A stretch of DNA of 64,000 bases from an uncultured Candidatus Rokubacteria bacterium (GTDB taxonomy: Bacteria > Methylomirabilota > Methylomirabilia > Rokubacteriales > CSP1-6): NCBI GenBank assembly GCA_963747235.1, contig CAVVEU010000008.1:288001-352000 (forward strand). The letters run 5' to 3'. Positions 11,933 to 21,265 of this stretch are shown in pieces. Under the pieces are notes generated by a model that searched no databases, was not told where the DNA came from, and saw only the letters and a program-made list of their open reading frames with translations. Within the stretch, counting starts at the first letter, position 1. Every line of letters starts with the position of its first letter. The translations under genes were made by a program, and so were the position numbers.

Positions 11933-12844
11933 ATGCGCGTCCGGGTTCGCGTGCCTGCCACCTCCGCCAACCTCGGGCCCGGCTTCGACGCGCTGGGCCT
12001 GGCCCTGGCGCTGTACAACGAGGTGATCCTCGAGGAAGCGGACGGCATCTCGGTCAGCGTGGAGGGCGAGGGCGCGGGCCGCCTCGACGACGGACGCGAA
12101 GAACGTGGTCGCGCGCGGCGTCGCCCTCGGCTTCGAGGTGGCGGGCCGGCCCTTTCGCGGCGGGCGTCTTCACTGCGTCAACCGCATCCCGCTGAGCCGG
12201 GGCCTGGGCTCGAGCGCGGCCGCGTGGGTCGGCGGGCTGGTCGCGGCCAACGCGGTGCTGGGCGAGCCGCTCGATCGGGACGCGCTCGTGACCGCGGCGG
12301 CCCGGGCCGAGGGCCATCCGGACAACGTGGCCGCCGCGGTGCTGGGCGGGCTCACCGTCTCCTGCGCCGACGGCGCGCGCGTCACCGCGGTGAGCCTGCC
12401 GGTGCCGCCCGAGATCGCCTGGGTGGTGCTGTTGCCGGAGACCGAGAGCTCCACGCGGGAGGCCCGCGCGGTGCTGCCCGGACTCGGTGCCGCGGGCCGA
12501 CGCGGTCTTCAACGTGCAGCGGGTGAGCCTGCTGCTGGCCGCGCTCGGCGCCGGCCGTCCGGACCTGCTCGATCTCGCCATGCAGGACCGGCTGCACCAG
12601 CCCTATCGCCAGCGGCTCTTCCCCTGGATGGAGGCGGTGGCCGCCGCGGGGCGGCGCGCGGGCGCGCTCGGCTGTGTCCTGAGCGGCGCGGGGCCGTCCA
12701 TGCTCGCGGCGGTGCGCGGGCGGCGGCGACGCGGTGGCGCGCGCGATGGAGCGCGCGCTCCGGGAGGCCGGCATCGAGGGCCGGGCGCTCAGCTTGCCGG
12801 TGGACGCGGCGGGCGCGACGTGGGAGAGGCTGCCCGAGACTTGA
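11933..12844 (+). CDS. thrB: Homoserine kinase; frameshifted
   Basis: [46 protein letters not shown]. Confidence 0.93.
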
Positions 12845-12870
12845 CTCCCACTCGGAGCAGGCAGTACGAT
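12841..12870 (+). promoter_or_regulatory. Sigma70-type promoter for dcd(-pup)
   Basis: TTGACT-N18-TACGAT just upstream of the dcd GTG. Confidence 0.55.
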
Positions 12871-12887
12871 CGGTCCAAGGTGTACTC

Positions 12888-13440
12888 GTGATCAAGAGCG
12901 ACCGCTGGATCCGCCGCATGGCCGTCGAGAAGGGCATGATCAAGCCCTTCGAGGACCGGCAGGTGCGAAAGGGCGGGATCTCGTACGGGCTCTCCTCCTA
13001 CGGCTACGACCTCCGCATCGCGGATGAGTTCAAGATCTTCACCAACATCAACACCACGATCGTGGATCCCAAGAGCTTCGACCCGCGTTCCTTCGTTGAC
13101 TAGCAGGGCGAGGTCGCGGTCGATCCCGCCCAACTCGTTCGCGCTGGGGCGCTCGGTGGAGTACTTCAAGATCCCGCGCAACGTGCTGACGATCTGCGTG
13201 GGGAAGTCCACCTACGCGCGGTGCGGCATCATCACGAACGTGACGCCGTTCGAGCCGGAGTGGGAGGGGTACGTGACGCTCGAGATCAGCAACACCACGC
13301 CGCTCCCGGCGAAGATCTACGCCAACGAGGGTATCGCGCAGGTTCTGTTCTTTGAATCGGATGAGGCCTGCGAGACGTCATATGCTGACAGGCAGGGGAA
13401 GTATCAGGGCCAGCAGGGGATCGTCCTGCCGACGGTCTAG
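12888..13440 (+). CDS. dcd: dCTP deaminase; apparent TAG and indel near 13101-13125 (probable read error)
   Basis: [45 protein letters not shown]. Confidence 0.93.
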
Positions 13441-13485
13441 GCCCTGACGCCGGCTCCGCGGATCGGGGCCAGGAGGTGACGTCCC

Positions 13486-13691
13486 ATGGCTGAGCAGAAG
13501 AAGAAGGAAACGAGGCCGACCAAGCCCGCCGAGGGCGGTGACGACGCGGCGGCGCGGGTAGCGCCGAGCTGTCCAAGAAGGGCAAGAAGATCAAGGAGGA
13601 CCTGGACAACCTCCTGGACGAGATCGACGATATCCTCGAGGAGAACGCCGAGGAGTTCGTGAAGAGCTACGTCCAGCGCGGCGGACAGTAG
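13486..13691 (+). CDS. pup: Prokaryotic ubiquitin-like protein Pup (about 68 aa, one indel; absent from the ORF track)
   Basis: SD AGGAGG at 13471; MAEQKKKETRP...ELSKKGKKIKEDLDNLLDEIDDILEENAEEFVKSYVQRGGQ-TAG matches the Pup C-terminal consensus. Confidence 0.92.
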
Positions 13692-13726
13692 CCGCGGGCT
13701 GGGCGGGAGAAGATCGGAGCGGCGTC

Positions 13727-13948
13727 ATGCCGATCTATGAGTACGCGTGCTCGGCCTGCGGGGCCGAGTTCGAGAAGCTCGTGCAGCGCCCGGAGCCGGT
13801 GGTGTGCCCGTCGTGCGAGAGCGCGCGCGTGAGCCGGCGGCTCTCCGTCGTCGGCGTGAAGACCGGCGGGCGCATGAGCGACGCCTCGCCCGCGCCCATG
13901 GGCGGAGGCGGTGGCGGCTGCTGCGGAGGTGGGTGCGGCTGCCACTGA
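13727..13948 (+). CDS. FmdB-family zinc-ribbon protein
   Basis: MPIYEYACSAC...CPSCES; Gly/Cys tail GCCGGGCGCH. Confidence 0.9.
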   Translation: MPIYEYACSACGAEFEKLVQRPEPVVCPSCESARVSRRLSVVGVKTGGRMSDASPAPMGGGGGGCCGGGCGCH

Positions 13949-13976
13949 GCCGGCGAGCGAGCTCGCCACGACCGGC

Positions 13977-13999
13977 GAGGGGCCTTCGGGCCCCTTTCG
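13977..13999 (+). terminator. Intrinsic terminator after pup-fmdB
   Basis: AGGGGCC-TTCG-GGCCCCT hairpin followed by a short T run. Confidence 0.65.
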
Positions 14000-14021
14000 T
14001 GTTCCATCCCGTCCGGGCCCC

Positions 14022-14050
14022 TTTACACGGCCCCGGGGCGCTTCTATACT
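14022..14050 (+). promoter_or_regulatory. Sigma70 promoter of the LysR-selD unit (probably leaderless)
   Basis: TTTACA-N17-TATACT, GTG start 7 nt later, no SD. Confidence 0.6.
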
Positions 14051-14057
14051 CGGCCCC

Positions 14058-14954
14058 GTGGATCTACGCCAGCTCGAGATCTTCGTCAAGGTCGCCGAGC
14101 TCGGCTCGTTCTCCAAGGCCGCCGACGCGCTGTTCCTGACCCAGCCCACCGTCTCGGAGCACATCCGCAGCCTCGAGGACGAGCTGGGCGTGCGCCTGCT
14201 CGACCGCCTCGGCCGGGGGGCCGCGGTCACCAAGGGCGGCGCTCCTGCTCCAGGGCTACGCGCAGCGGCTCCTCGCCCTGTCCCGCGAGACGCGGCAGGC
14301 GATGGAGAGCTTCCAGGGACGCATGAGCGGCGAGCTGCTCGTGGGCGCCAGCACGATTCCCGGCGAGTACATCCTTCCCGCCCTGATCGGCCGCTTCAAG
14401 GAGAAGTTTCCCGACATCGCGATCACCTTGCTCATCGGCGACAGCCAGGCGGTGACGGAGTGGGTGGCCGAGGGCCGGGCCGAGGTCGGGGTGGTCGGCG
14501 CGCGCTCGGCGCCACCGGGGCATCGACTACCGCGAGCTGCTGCCCGACGACATCGTCCTCATCGTGGGCGCGGCGCATCCCTGGCACGGGCGCAAGCAGG
14601 TCACGCTGGAGGAGCTGCGCGCCGAGCCGCTCCTGCTTCGCGAGCGCGGCTCGGGCACGCGCGCGGCGCTCGAGGCCGCGCTCACCCAGGCGGGCACCGA
14701 CATCGCGCGCCTTCCGCGTGGTCGGCGAGATGGGCTCGACCCAGGCCATCAAGCAGGCGGTCAAGGCCGAGCGTCGGCGTGTCGCTCGTGTCGCGGCGCG
14801 CGGTCGAGGAGGAGTGCCGGGCGGGCTCGTCTGGTGCCTCCGCGTGAAGGATCTCAAGATCACGCGCGCCTTCTACCTCGCGACCCACCGGGAGCGCAGC
14901 CGCTCGCCCCTCGCGGAGGCCTTCCGCGCCTTCGTCGAGGCCGAAGCCGTCTGA
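14058..14954 (+). CDS. LysR-family regulator (CysL-like / selenium metabolism-associated); frameshifted
   Basis: DLRQLEIFVKVAELGSFSKAADALFLTQPTVS HTH; GASTIPGEY, RERGSGTR, GSTQAIKQAV; directly upstream of selD. Confidence 0.88.
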   Translation: MDLRQLEIFVKVAELGSFSKAADALFLTQPTVSEHIRSLEDELGVRLLDRLGRGAAVTKGGAPAPGLRAAAPRPVPRDAAGDGELPGTHERRAARGRQHDSRRVHPSRPDRPLQGEVSRHRDHLAHRRQPGGDGVGGRGPGRGRGGRRALGATGASTTASCCPTTSSSSWARRIPGTGASRSRWRSCAPSRSCFASAARARARRSRPRSPRRAPTSRAFRVVGEMGSTQAIKQAVKAERRRVARVAARGRGGVPGGLVWCLRVKDLKITRAFYLATHRERSRSPLAEAFRAFVEAEAV

Positions 14955-14987
14955 CCGCCGCTCGCGCGGCGCCCGCTTCGTTCGCAC

Positions 14988-16058
14988 ATGGACCCGAAGC
15001 TGATCGATCCGAAGACCGGCAAGGAGATCCGGCTCACCGCTACGCGGCCTGCGCGGGGTGAGCGTCCAAGATGGGTCCTGGAGATCTCCAGGACGTGCTC
15101 GGCGGACCTGCGCGACGAGGAGCACGCCGATCTGCTGGTCGGGCTCGGCCGGAGCGACGACGCCGCGGTCTATCGCGTGACCGACGACGTGGCGATCGTC
15201 GAGACGGTGGACTTCTTCCCGCCCATCGTGGACGATCCCTATCTCTTCGGCGCGATCGCGGCCGCCAACTCGATGTCCGACGTGTACGCGATGGGCGGGC
15301 AGGTGCTGTTCGCGCTCAACGTGGCGGGCTTCCCGCGCGACCTGCCCAAGGACATCATCGCGGCCGTCTTCCGCGGGCGGCGCCGACAAGGTGCGCGAGG
15401 CGGGCGGCGTCATCGCGGGCGGCCACACCGTCGTGGACGCGGAGCCCAAGTACGGGCTCTGCGTCACCGGCCGGGTCGATCCGCGGCGCATCCTGATCAA
15501 GGGCGGGCTCCGGCCCGGGCCAGCGCGTGTTCCTGTCCAAGCCGCTCGGCACCGGCGTGATCGCGACCGCGGCCAAGAACGACACGTGCGAGCCCGCGGT
15601 GCTCGACGGCGCGGTGCAGAGCATGCTGCGGCTCAACCGCGTGGCGGCCCGGGTGGCGCAGGAGGCGGGGGCGACCGGCGCCACCGACATCACCGGCTTC
15701 GGCCTCCTCGGCCACGCCGGCGAGATGGTGGCGGCCTCGGGGGCCGGCCTGGCCCTTCGCAGCGCGGACCTGCCGCTCCTGCCGGGCGCGCGCGCGCTGG
15801 CCGATCTGGGAAGCTTCAGCGGCGGCATGGGCCGCAATCGCCGCTATCTCGAGGAGGACGTTCGGGCGGCTCCGCATCGACCCGGCGGTGCCGGACGCGC
15901 TCGTCAAGCTGCTCTTCGAGTCGGAGACCTCCGGCGGCCTCCTCTTCGCGGTCGACGCGGCGCGCGCCGCCGCGGTGCACGACGGCTTCGCGCGCGCGGG
16001 CGAGCCCGTCTGGGAGATCGGCGAGGTGACCGCCGAGCCGCGCCTCGCGCTGATCTAG
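14988..16058 (+). CDS. selD: Selenophosphate synthetase SelD, selenocysteine-containing (UGA at 15059-15061); several indels
   Basis: YAACAG-TGA-ASKMGP at the catalytic C/U-x-x-K site; [59 protein letters not shown]. Confidence 0.93.
15075..15094 (+). promoter_or_regulatory. Candidate bacterial SECIS hairpin of selD
   Basis: GTCCTGGA-GATC-TCCAGGAC perfect stem starting 13 nt after the UGA, G in the loop. Confidence 0.7.
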
Positions 16059-16086
16059 GCGTCGCGCGTATGGTCAGCCGCTTCGA

Positions 16087-16152
16087 GCGCGGGCTTCGCC
16101 CGCGCGACCTGCTTTTGGGGGAGGTTCGGACGGGGGGCGAAGCCCCCTCCGC
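16087..16152. repeat. Two GC-rich hairpins between convergent genes (REP-like element or bidirectional terminator)
   Basis: GCGCGGGC-TTC-GCCCGCGC, then TGGGGGAG and CGGA(C)GGGGGGC-GAA-GCCCCCTCCG. Confidence 0.55.
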
Positions 16153-16153
16153 G

Positions 16154-16417
16154 CTAGCGACTCGCGTCGGAGCGCTTCAGGAACGCGATCAGCTTCTGGC
16201 GGAGCTCGGCGGGGAGGTTGGTCTCGGGCTGTTCACGGAGACGCCGGGCGGCGTTGACGGTGCCCTTGTAGGTATTGACGAACGCCACGCATGGCGGGCA
16301 ACCGTCCAGATGCCACTCGAGCTGCGCGATCTGATCCTGGGGGAGCGACCCGTCGATGTAATCCGCGAGCAGCTCGACACACTCCGGGCACCCGATCTCA
16401 CGCGACGCTCCGTCCAT
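16154..16417 (-). CDS. zf-HC2 (ZAS anti-sigma-like) zinc-finger protein
   Basis: GCPECVELLADYIDG...HLDGCPPC (HxxxCxxC); [11 protein letters not shown]. Confidence 0.85.
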   Translation of the reverse strand: MDGASREIGCPECVELLADYIDGSLPQDQIAQLEWHLDGCPPCVAFVNTYKGTVNAARRLREQPETNLPAELRQKLIAFLKRSDASR

Positions 16418-16557
16418 CTGCTCCCCCTCGCCGATGAGGCGATGACCTTGTAGCGAAACCTTAACACAGGGCCGTCCCGGAGCAAGTCCGTCTTTGCCGG
16501 CCGGAGCCGCGCGTCAATTGCCTTGTCGCGCGGGGCCGGTGTAGGCTCCTCGCAGCC

Positions 16558-17604
16558 ATGGCCGCTCGGGTGGCCGTCCTCACGCCCTTCGCATCGCCGT
16601 CGGTCCGTGGTAACGCCGTCACGGTCGATCGCATCACGCGCGGCCTCCGGCGGCGCGGCGTCGAGCTGCGCGTCTGGGATCTCTCGGTGGTGCCCGAAGG
16701 CGCGGTCGAGCACCAGATCGCCCAGTACGGGCCCGCGGTCATCCACGCGTTCCACGCCTTTCGCACCGGGCCCACCGCGGTACGGCTGGCGCGGCGCGCG
16801 GGCGTCCCCGTGCTGGTGACGGTCACCGGCACCGACGTGAATCAGGACCTCTTCGATGAGGATGGGGCGCCGATCGTCCGGCGGGTGCTGGAGGGGGCGG
16901 GGGCGGTGAGCGTCTTCGACGAGTCGATGGCCGCCCGCATCGTGGAGGTCCTGCCCGCGACGGCGTCCCGGCTCGTGGTGATCCCGCAGAGCGTGGTGTT
17001 CGAGCTGCCGCCCCCCGGCCACTGGCCGCCCATCGCCGCGCTGACGCGGCGGCCCGGCCCCATCATCCTGTTCCCGGCGGGCATCCGGAAGATCAAGCGG
17101 CCCGTGTTCCCGCTGGAGCCGCTCGAGCACTTGCGCGACCGGCATCCGACGCTCGAGCTGGTCTACGTGGGGCCCATCATCGACGCGCCGGAAGGCGAGG
17201 CCCTGCGCCGGCTGCTGTCCGGGTATCCGTGGGCCCAGTACCTGGGGACGGTGCCGCACAATCGAATGCCCGCCCTCCTCGAGCTGGCGGACGTCGTGCT
17301 CAACTGCTCGCTCTCCGAGGGCGGGATGGCCAACGCGGTGCTCGAGGCGCTCGCGCTCGGCCGCGCGGTGCTCGCCGCGGACATCGCGGGCAACCGATCG
17401 CTCGTCGAGGACGGGATCACCGGCTTCCTGTTCGGCTCGGCGGAGGAGCTGGCCGCGAAGGCCGATCGCCTCCTGCAGGATCCCGACCTCCGCGCCCGGC
17501 TCGGCGTGGCGGGGCGCGAGCGCGTCAGCGCGCGCTTCGGCGCCGATCGCGAGACCGACGGCTACCTCGCCGTGTACACGCGACTGGCGCCGGATTTCGG
17601 CTGA
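16558..17604 (+). CDS. GT4-fold glycosyltransferase, SenB/GLT1D1-like
   Basis: VLTP...GNAVT, FHAFR, VTGTD, GIRKIK, SEGGMANAVLEA motifs; intact 348-aa ORF. Confidence 0.85.
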   Translation: MAARVAVLTPFASPSVRGNAVTVDRITRGLRRRGVELRVWDLSVVPEGAVEHQIAQYGPAVIHAFHAFRTGPTAVRLARRAGVPVLVTVTGTDVNQDLFDEDGAPIVRRVLEGAGAVSVFDESMAARIVEVLPATASRLVVIPQSVVFELPPPGHWPPIAALTRRPGPIILFPAGIRKIKRPVFPLEPLEHLRDRHPTLELVYVGPIIDAPEGEALRRLLSGYPWAQYLGTVPHNRMPALLELADVVLNCSLSEGGMANAVLEALALGRAVLAADIAGNRSLVEDGITGFLFGSAEELAAKADRLLQDPDLRARLGVAGRERVSARFGADRETDGYLAVYTRLAPDFG

Positions 17605-17757
17605 GCGCGCGGCACGGTCTATGCTGCCGCGCCGAGTCAATCGGGCCGAGCGCGGTTCCGGAGCGCGTTTCGCGCGCGTTTGGGAGTGTCGCGCCGGTGA
17701 CGTTGAGTGAATTTCCGGCATCGCGCGCGTCGGAGTGGCGAAAGAAGGGGCAGGTAG

Positions 17758-17786
17758 TTGACGGGGCTGGAACGCCCCCCTATGAT
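17758..17786 (+). promoter_or_regulatory. Sigma70 promoter of the moxR operon
   Basis: TTGACG-N17-TATGAT; SD AAGGAG before ATG 17821. Confidence 0.7.
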
Positions 17787-17820
17787 GGATCAATTCCAAG
17801 GCGGGAAAGGAGCCGTTCAA

Positions 17821-18865
17821 ATGGCGCAGCCTCCCGTTTCTTCCAGCCAGTCCCAGGAGCAGCGAGTCCAGGAGTTCGTCGAGCGCCCACCAGGCGCTGC
17901 GTGCCGAGGTCGGCAAGGTCATCGTCGGCCACGACGACGTCGTCGGCGAGGTGCTGGTCGGCCTCTTCGCGGGCGGTCACGTGCTGCTGGAAGGCGTGCC
18001 CGGGCTCGGCAAGACCCTCCTGATCAAGACGCTCGCGGAGAGCCTCGAGCTCTCCTTCTCCCGCATCCAGTTCACGCCCGACCTGATGCCGGGCGACATC
18101 ATCGGCACCAACATCATCGTGGAGGACGCGCAGGCGCGGAAGCACTTCCAGTTCCAGCGCGGGCCCATCTTCGGCCACATCCTGCTCGCCGACGAGGTGA
18201 ACCGGGCCACGCCGAAGACGCAGTCCGCGCTGCTCGAGGGCATGCAGGAGGGCGCGGTCACCGTCTCCGGGCCACTCGCACCCGCTGCCGCAGCCCTTCT
18301 TCGTGCTCGCCACCCAGAACCCGATCGAGATGGAAGGCACCTACCCGCTGCCGGAGGCGCAGCTCGACCGCTTCCTCTTCAAGCTGCGGGTGCGCTACCC
18401 GGCGCTCGAGGAGCTGACCGAGATCATCGACCGCACCACCCACGTGCGGCACGTCGAGGTCCAGCGCGTCTTGACCGGCGCCCAGGTGCTCGCCATGCGC
18501 GAGCTGGTGCGCGAGATCCCGATCGCCACGCACGTGCGGGATCTCGCGTCCTACATCGTGCTCGCCACGCCATCCGCAGTGGGAGCGGGCTCCCGAGTCC
18601 GACCCGCCGCTTCGTCCGCTACGGGGCGAGCCCGCGCGGAGCGCAGGCCCTGGTGCTGGGCGCCAAGGTCCGCGCGCTCTCGGAGGGCCGCTTCAACGTC
18701 AGCGTGGAGGATCTCCGGGCCACCGCGCTGCCCGCGCTCCGGCACCGGCTCATCCTGAACTTCGAGGGCGAGGCGGAGGGAGTGGACGTGGACGACCTGA
18801 TTCGCCAGACCGTCGATGCCGCCGAGACCATGACCGGTTCAGAGAAAGAGGTCTTCCTGAGATAG
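17821..18865 (+). CDS. MoxR-family AAA+ ATPase; frameshifted
   Basis: [57 protein letters not shown]. Confidence 0.93.
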
Positions 18866-18881
18866 GCGAGAGGAGAGTCTG

Positions 18882-20367
18882 ATGCCCGGTCCCACGGTGA
18901 TCGAGCGGCTCGTCGCGGACGTCGCCCGGCAGATCCGCCTGCGACGCGCGGAGTTCTACGGCCTGCGCGGCCTCTTGTGGGGCTCTGTGGCCGCGGTCGT
19001 GCCGCTCGTCCTCAAGGAGTCGCTGGGGCCCTGGAGCTACCTGGGCGCCGCCATCCTCCTGCTGGCGGGCGCGGGGGCCGGCGCGCTCTGGGGCTTCCTG
19101 CTGAAGCTGCCCTCGGCGCGAGGTGGCGCGGCTCGCCGACCGCGGCTACGGACTTCAGGATCGGGTGAGCACCGCGCTCGAGTGGGCCGAGCGCGCGGAT
19201 CGCACCCCGATCGTGGAGGCCCTCGTCGCCGACGCGGCCGCCCGCGCCGATCAGCTCGGCGCGCGGCGCATCATCCCGCGCCGGGTGCCGCGCGAGGCCA
19301 AGTTCGTGCCCGTCCCGCTCGTGCTGGGGCTCGTGCTGGCCGCGGCCCCGCCGATTCCGCTGCCGCAGGGCGGCCTGCCCAACTTCTCGGTCTCCCGCGA
19401 CGAGGAAGAGGAGAAGCTCAAGGAGCGCGGCGGAGACCTGCAGCAGTCGGAGCGCCGGCAGGCCACCCGGCGCGACCCGGTGCAGCGGGCGGAGGTGCAG
19501 GAGCGCACGCTGACGCCCCGCATGGGCGGAGGCGGCCAGAGCCAGCCCGGCGATCTGGCCGCCGTCTTCAAGGACACCTCGCTGGCCGGCCGCACGCCCG
19601 ATTTCAACTCCTTCCTCAAGAAGGGCGACGACCGGCTGCGGATGCTGGAGCAGATGGACCGGCTGCCCGATCTCCAGAGCGACTTCACGCAGAACCAGGC
19701 CCGGGCCGTCTTCCAGAAGGCCAAGGCGCTACGCGGCGGCCTCGACCCCAACAAGAAGGTGTCGCCGGAGAAGCTGCGCGAGCTGCTGCAGGAGATGGAG
19801 CGGCTCGGGCGGAAGAACCAGCCGGGCGGCGGGCAGAGCGACTGGTCGGGCGACGTCTACGAGGGCATGGAAGCGCTCGAGGGCGGCCAGAGCGACAAGG
19901 CCATGGAGGCGATGGAGCGCGCGCTGAACAAGATGCGCTCCAAGGAAGAGCGGGGCCGCGACGGCAAGTCGCTCAAGGGCGGGCGCGAGAGCGACCGGCG
20001 CGGCAACAAGCGCGGGAACGAGAAAGGCCAGGGGCAGGGCGGGCCGGGCGACGAGGGCGATTTCCCGGAGGGCGAGGGGCTGCTGCCGGGCCGCGGCAAG
20101 AGCGGGTCCCCGAAGGGCGACGCCACCGCGCGCCTGCGCGGCAGTCCGTTCGACGTGGGCGTGGAAGGCGAGGCGCGGGCGGGTCGCAAGCAGGGAATCG
20201 ACACCAACATGGTGGGCCGCGGCTCGCAGATGCCCTCGCGCCTGCAGTACATGGGCGTGCTCGGGCAGTACCGGAAGATGATGGAGGAGTCCATCGCGCG
20301 CGAGCAGGTGCCGCGCGACTTCCAGAGCCAGGTGAAGGAGTACTTCCAAGCGCTGGATGAGAAATAG
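18882..20367 (+). CDS. Membrane-anchored protein with long coiled-coil and Gly/Gln-rich region (MoxR-operon associated); one indel
   Basis: N-terminal TM helices, LQDRVSTALE; C-terminal VPRDFQSQVKEYFQAL typical of MoxR-locus proteins. Confidence 0.75.
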
Positions 20368-21265
20368 CGACGTGGCCACCGCGCGTGCCGGCCACGAGTT
20401 GCTCTCGACGGACTTCCTCACCCAGCTCGAGCGCCTGACCCTGCTCTCTCGTCGGTCCTTCCGCGGACGCGTGAAGGGAGAGCGGCGCAGCCCCCGCAAG
20501 GGCATCAGCGTGGAGTTCTCCGACTACCGGCAGTACGGCGTCGGGGACGACCTGCGCTACGTGGACTGGAACGTCTACGCCCGCCTCGACCGCCTCTACC
20601 TCAAGCTGTTCGTGGACGAGGAGGATCTCTGCCTGCACCTGCTGGTGGACGCCTCCGCCTCCATGGGCTTCGGCGAGCCGTCCAAGCTCGACTACTCCGC
20701 GCGGCTGGCCGGCGCCCTCGGCTTCGTGGGCCTGGTGGGGCTCGAGCGGGTGGGGGTGGGCGTGGTGCGGGACCGGATGGCCGAGGGCTTCAACCCGGCG
20801 CGCGGCCGGAGCCAGGCGATCCCGCTGATGGACTTCCTGGGCCGCCTGCGCGCGGGCGGACCCACCTCGCTCAACGACGCGCTCGCGGCCTACGCGCTGC
20901 GCTCGCGCGAGGCGGGCCTGGCGGTGCTCGTCTCGGACCTGATGGACCCGGCCGGCTACGAGCGCGGGCTCAAGGCGCTGCTGGAGCGGCGCTTCGACGT
21001 GCACGTGGTCCACGTGCTGGCCGCGGACGAGATGAATCCGGCCTTCGGCGGTGACCTGCGCCTGCTCGACGCGGAGAGCGACGAGGAGCGCGACCTCACG
21101 CTCGACGGCGAGGCCCTGCGCGGGTACCACGAGCGGCTCCGCGACTTCCTCGATCGCGCCGAGCAGTTCTGCCGGGGCAACGAGATCACCTACCACCGGG
21201 TGGTGACGGACACGCCGGTGGAGGAGTTCATGCTCCGCCAGCTCAAGGGGCTCCTGCTCGCATGA
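20357..21265 (+). CDS. DUF58 domain protein
   Basis: GISVEFSDYRQYGVGDDLRYVDWNVYAR, LLVDASASM, VSDL. Confidence 0.92.
   Translation: MRNSDVATARAGHELLSTDFLTQLERLTLLSRRSFRGRVKGERRSPRKGISVEFSDYRQYGVGDDLRYVDWNVYARLDRLYLKLFVDEEDLCLHLLVDASASMGFGEPSKLDYSARLAGALGFVGLVGLERVGVGVVRDRMAEGFNPARGRSQAIPLMDFLGRLRAGGPTSLNDALAAYALRSREAGLAVLVSDLMDPAGYERGLKALLERRFDVHVVHVLAADEMNPAFGGDLRLLDAESDEERDLTLDGEALRGYHERLRDFLDRAEQFCRGNEITYHRVVTDTPVEEFMLRQLKGLLLA

Noticed and set aside
13101-13103. In-frame TAG in dcd (and TAG near 37254 in cysE) as possible pyrrolysine or stop recoding
   Set aside because: Both fall at probable Tyr positions next to indels, TAG is used as a normal stop throughout the window, and no pyl genes are present.
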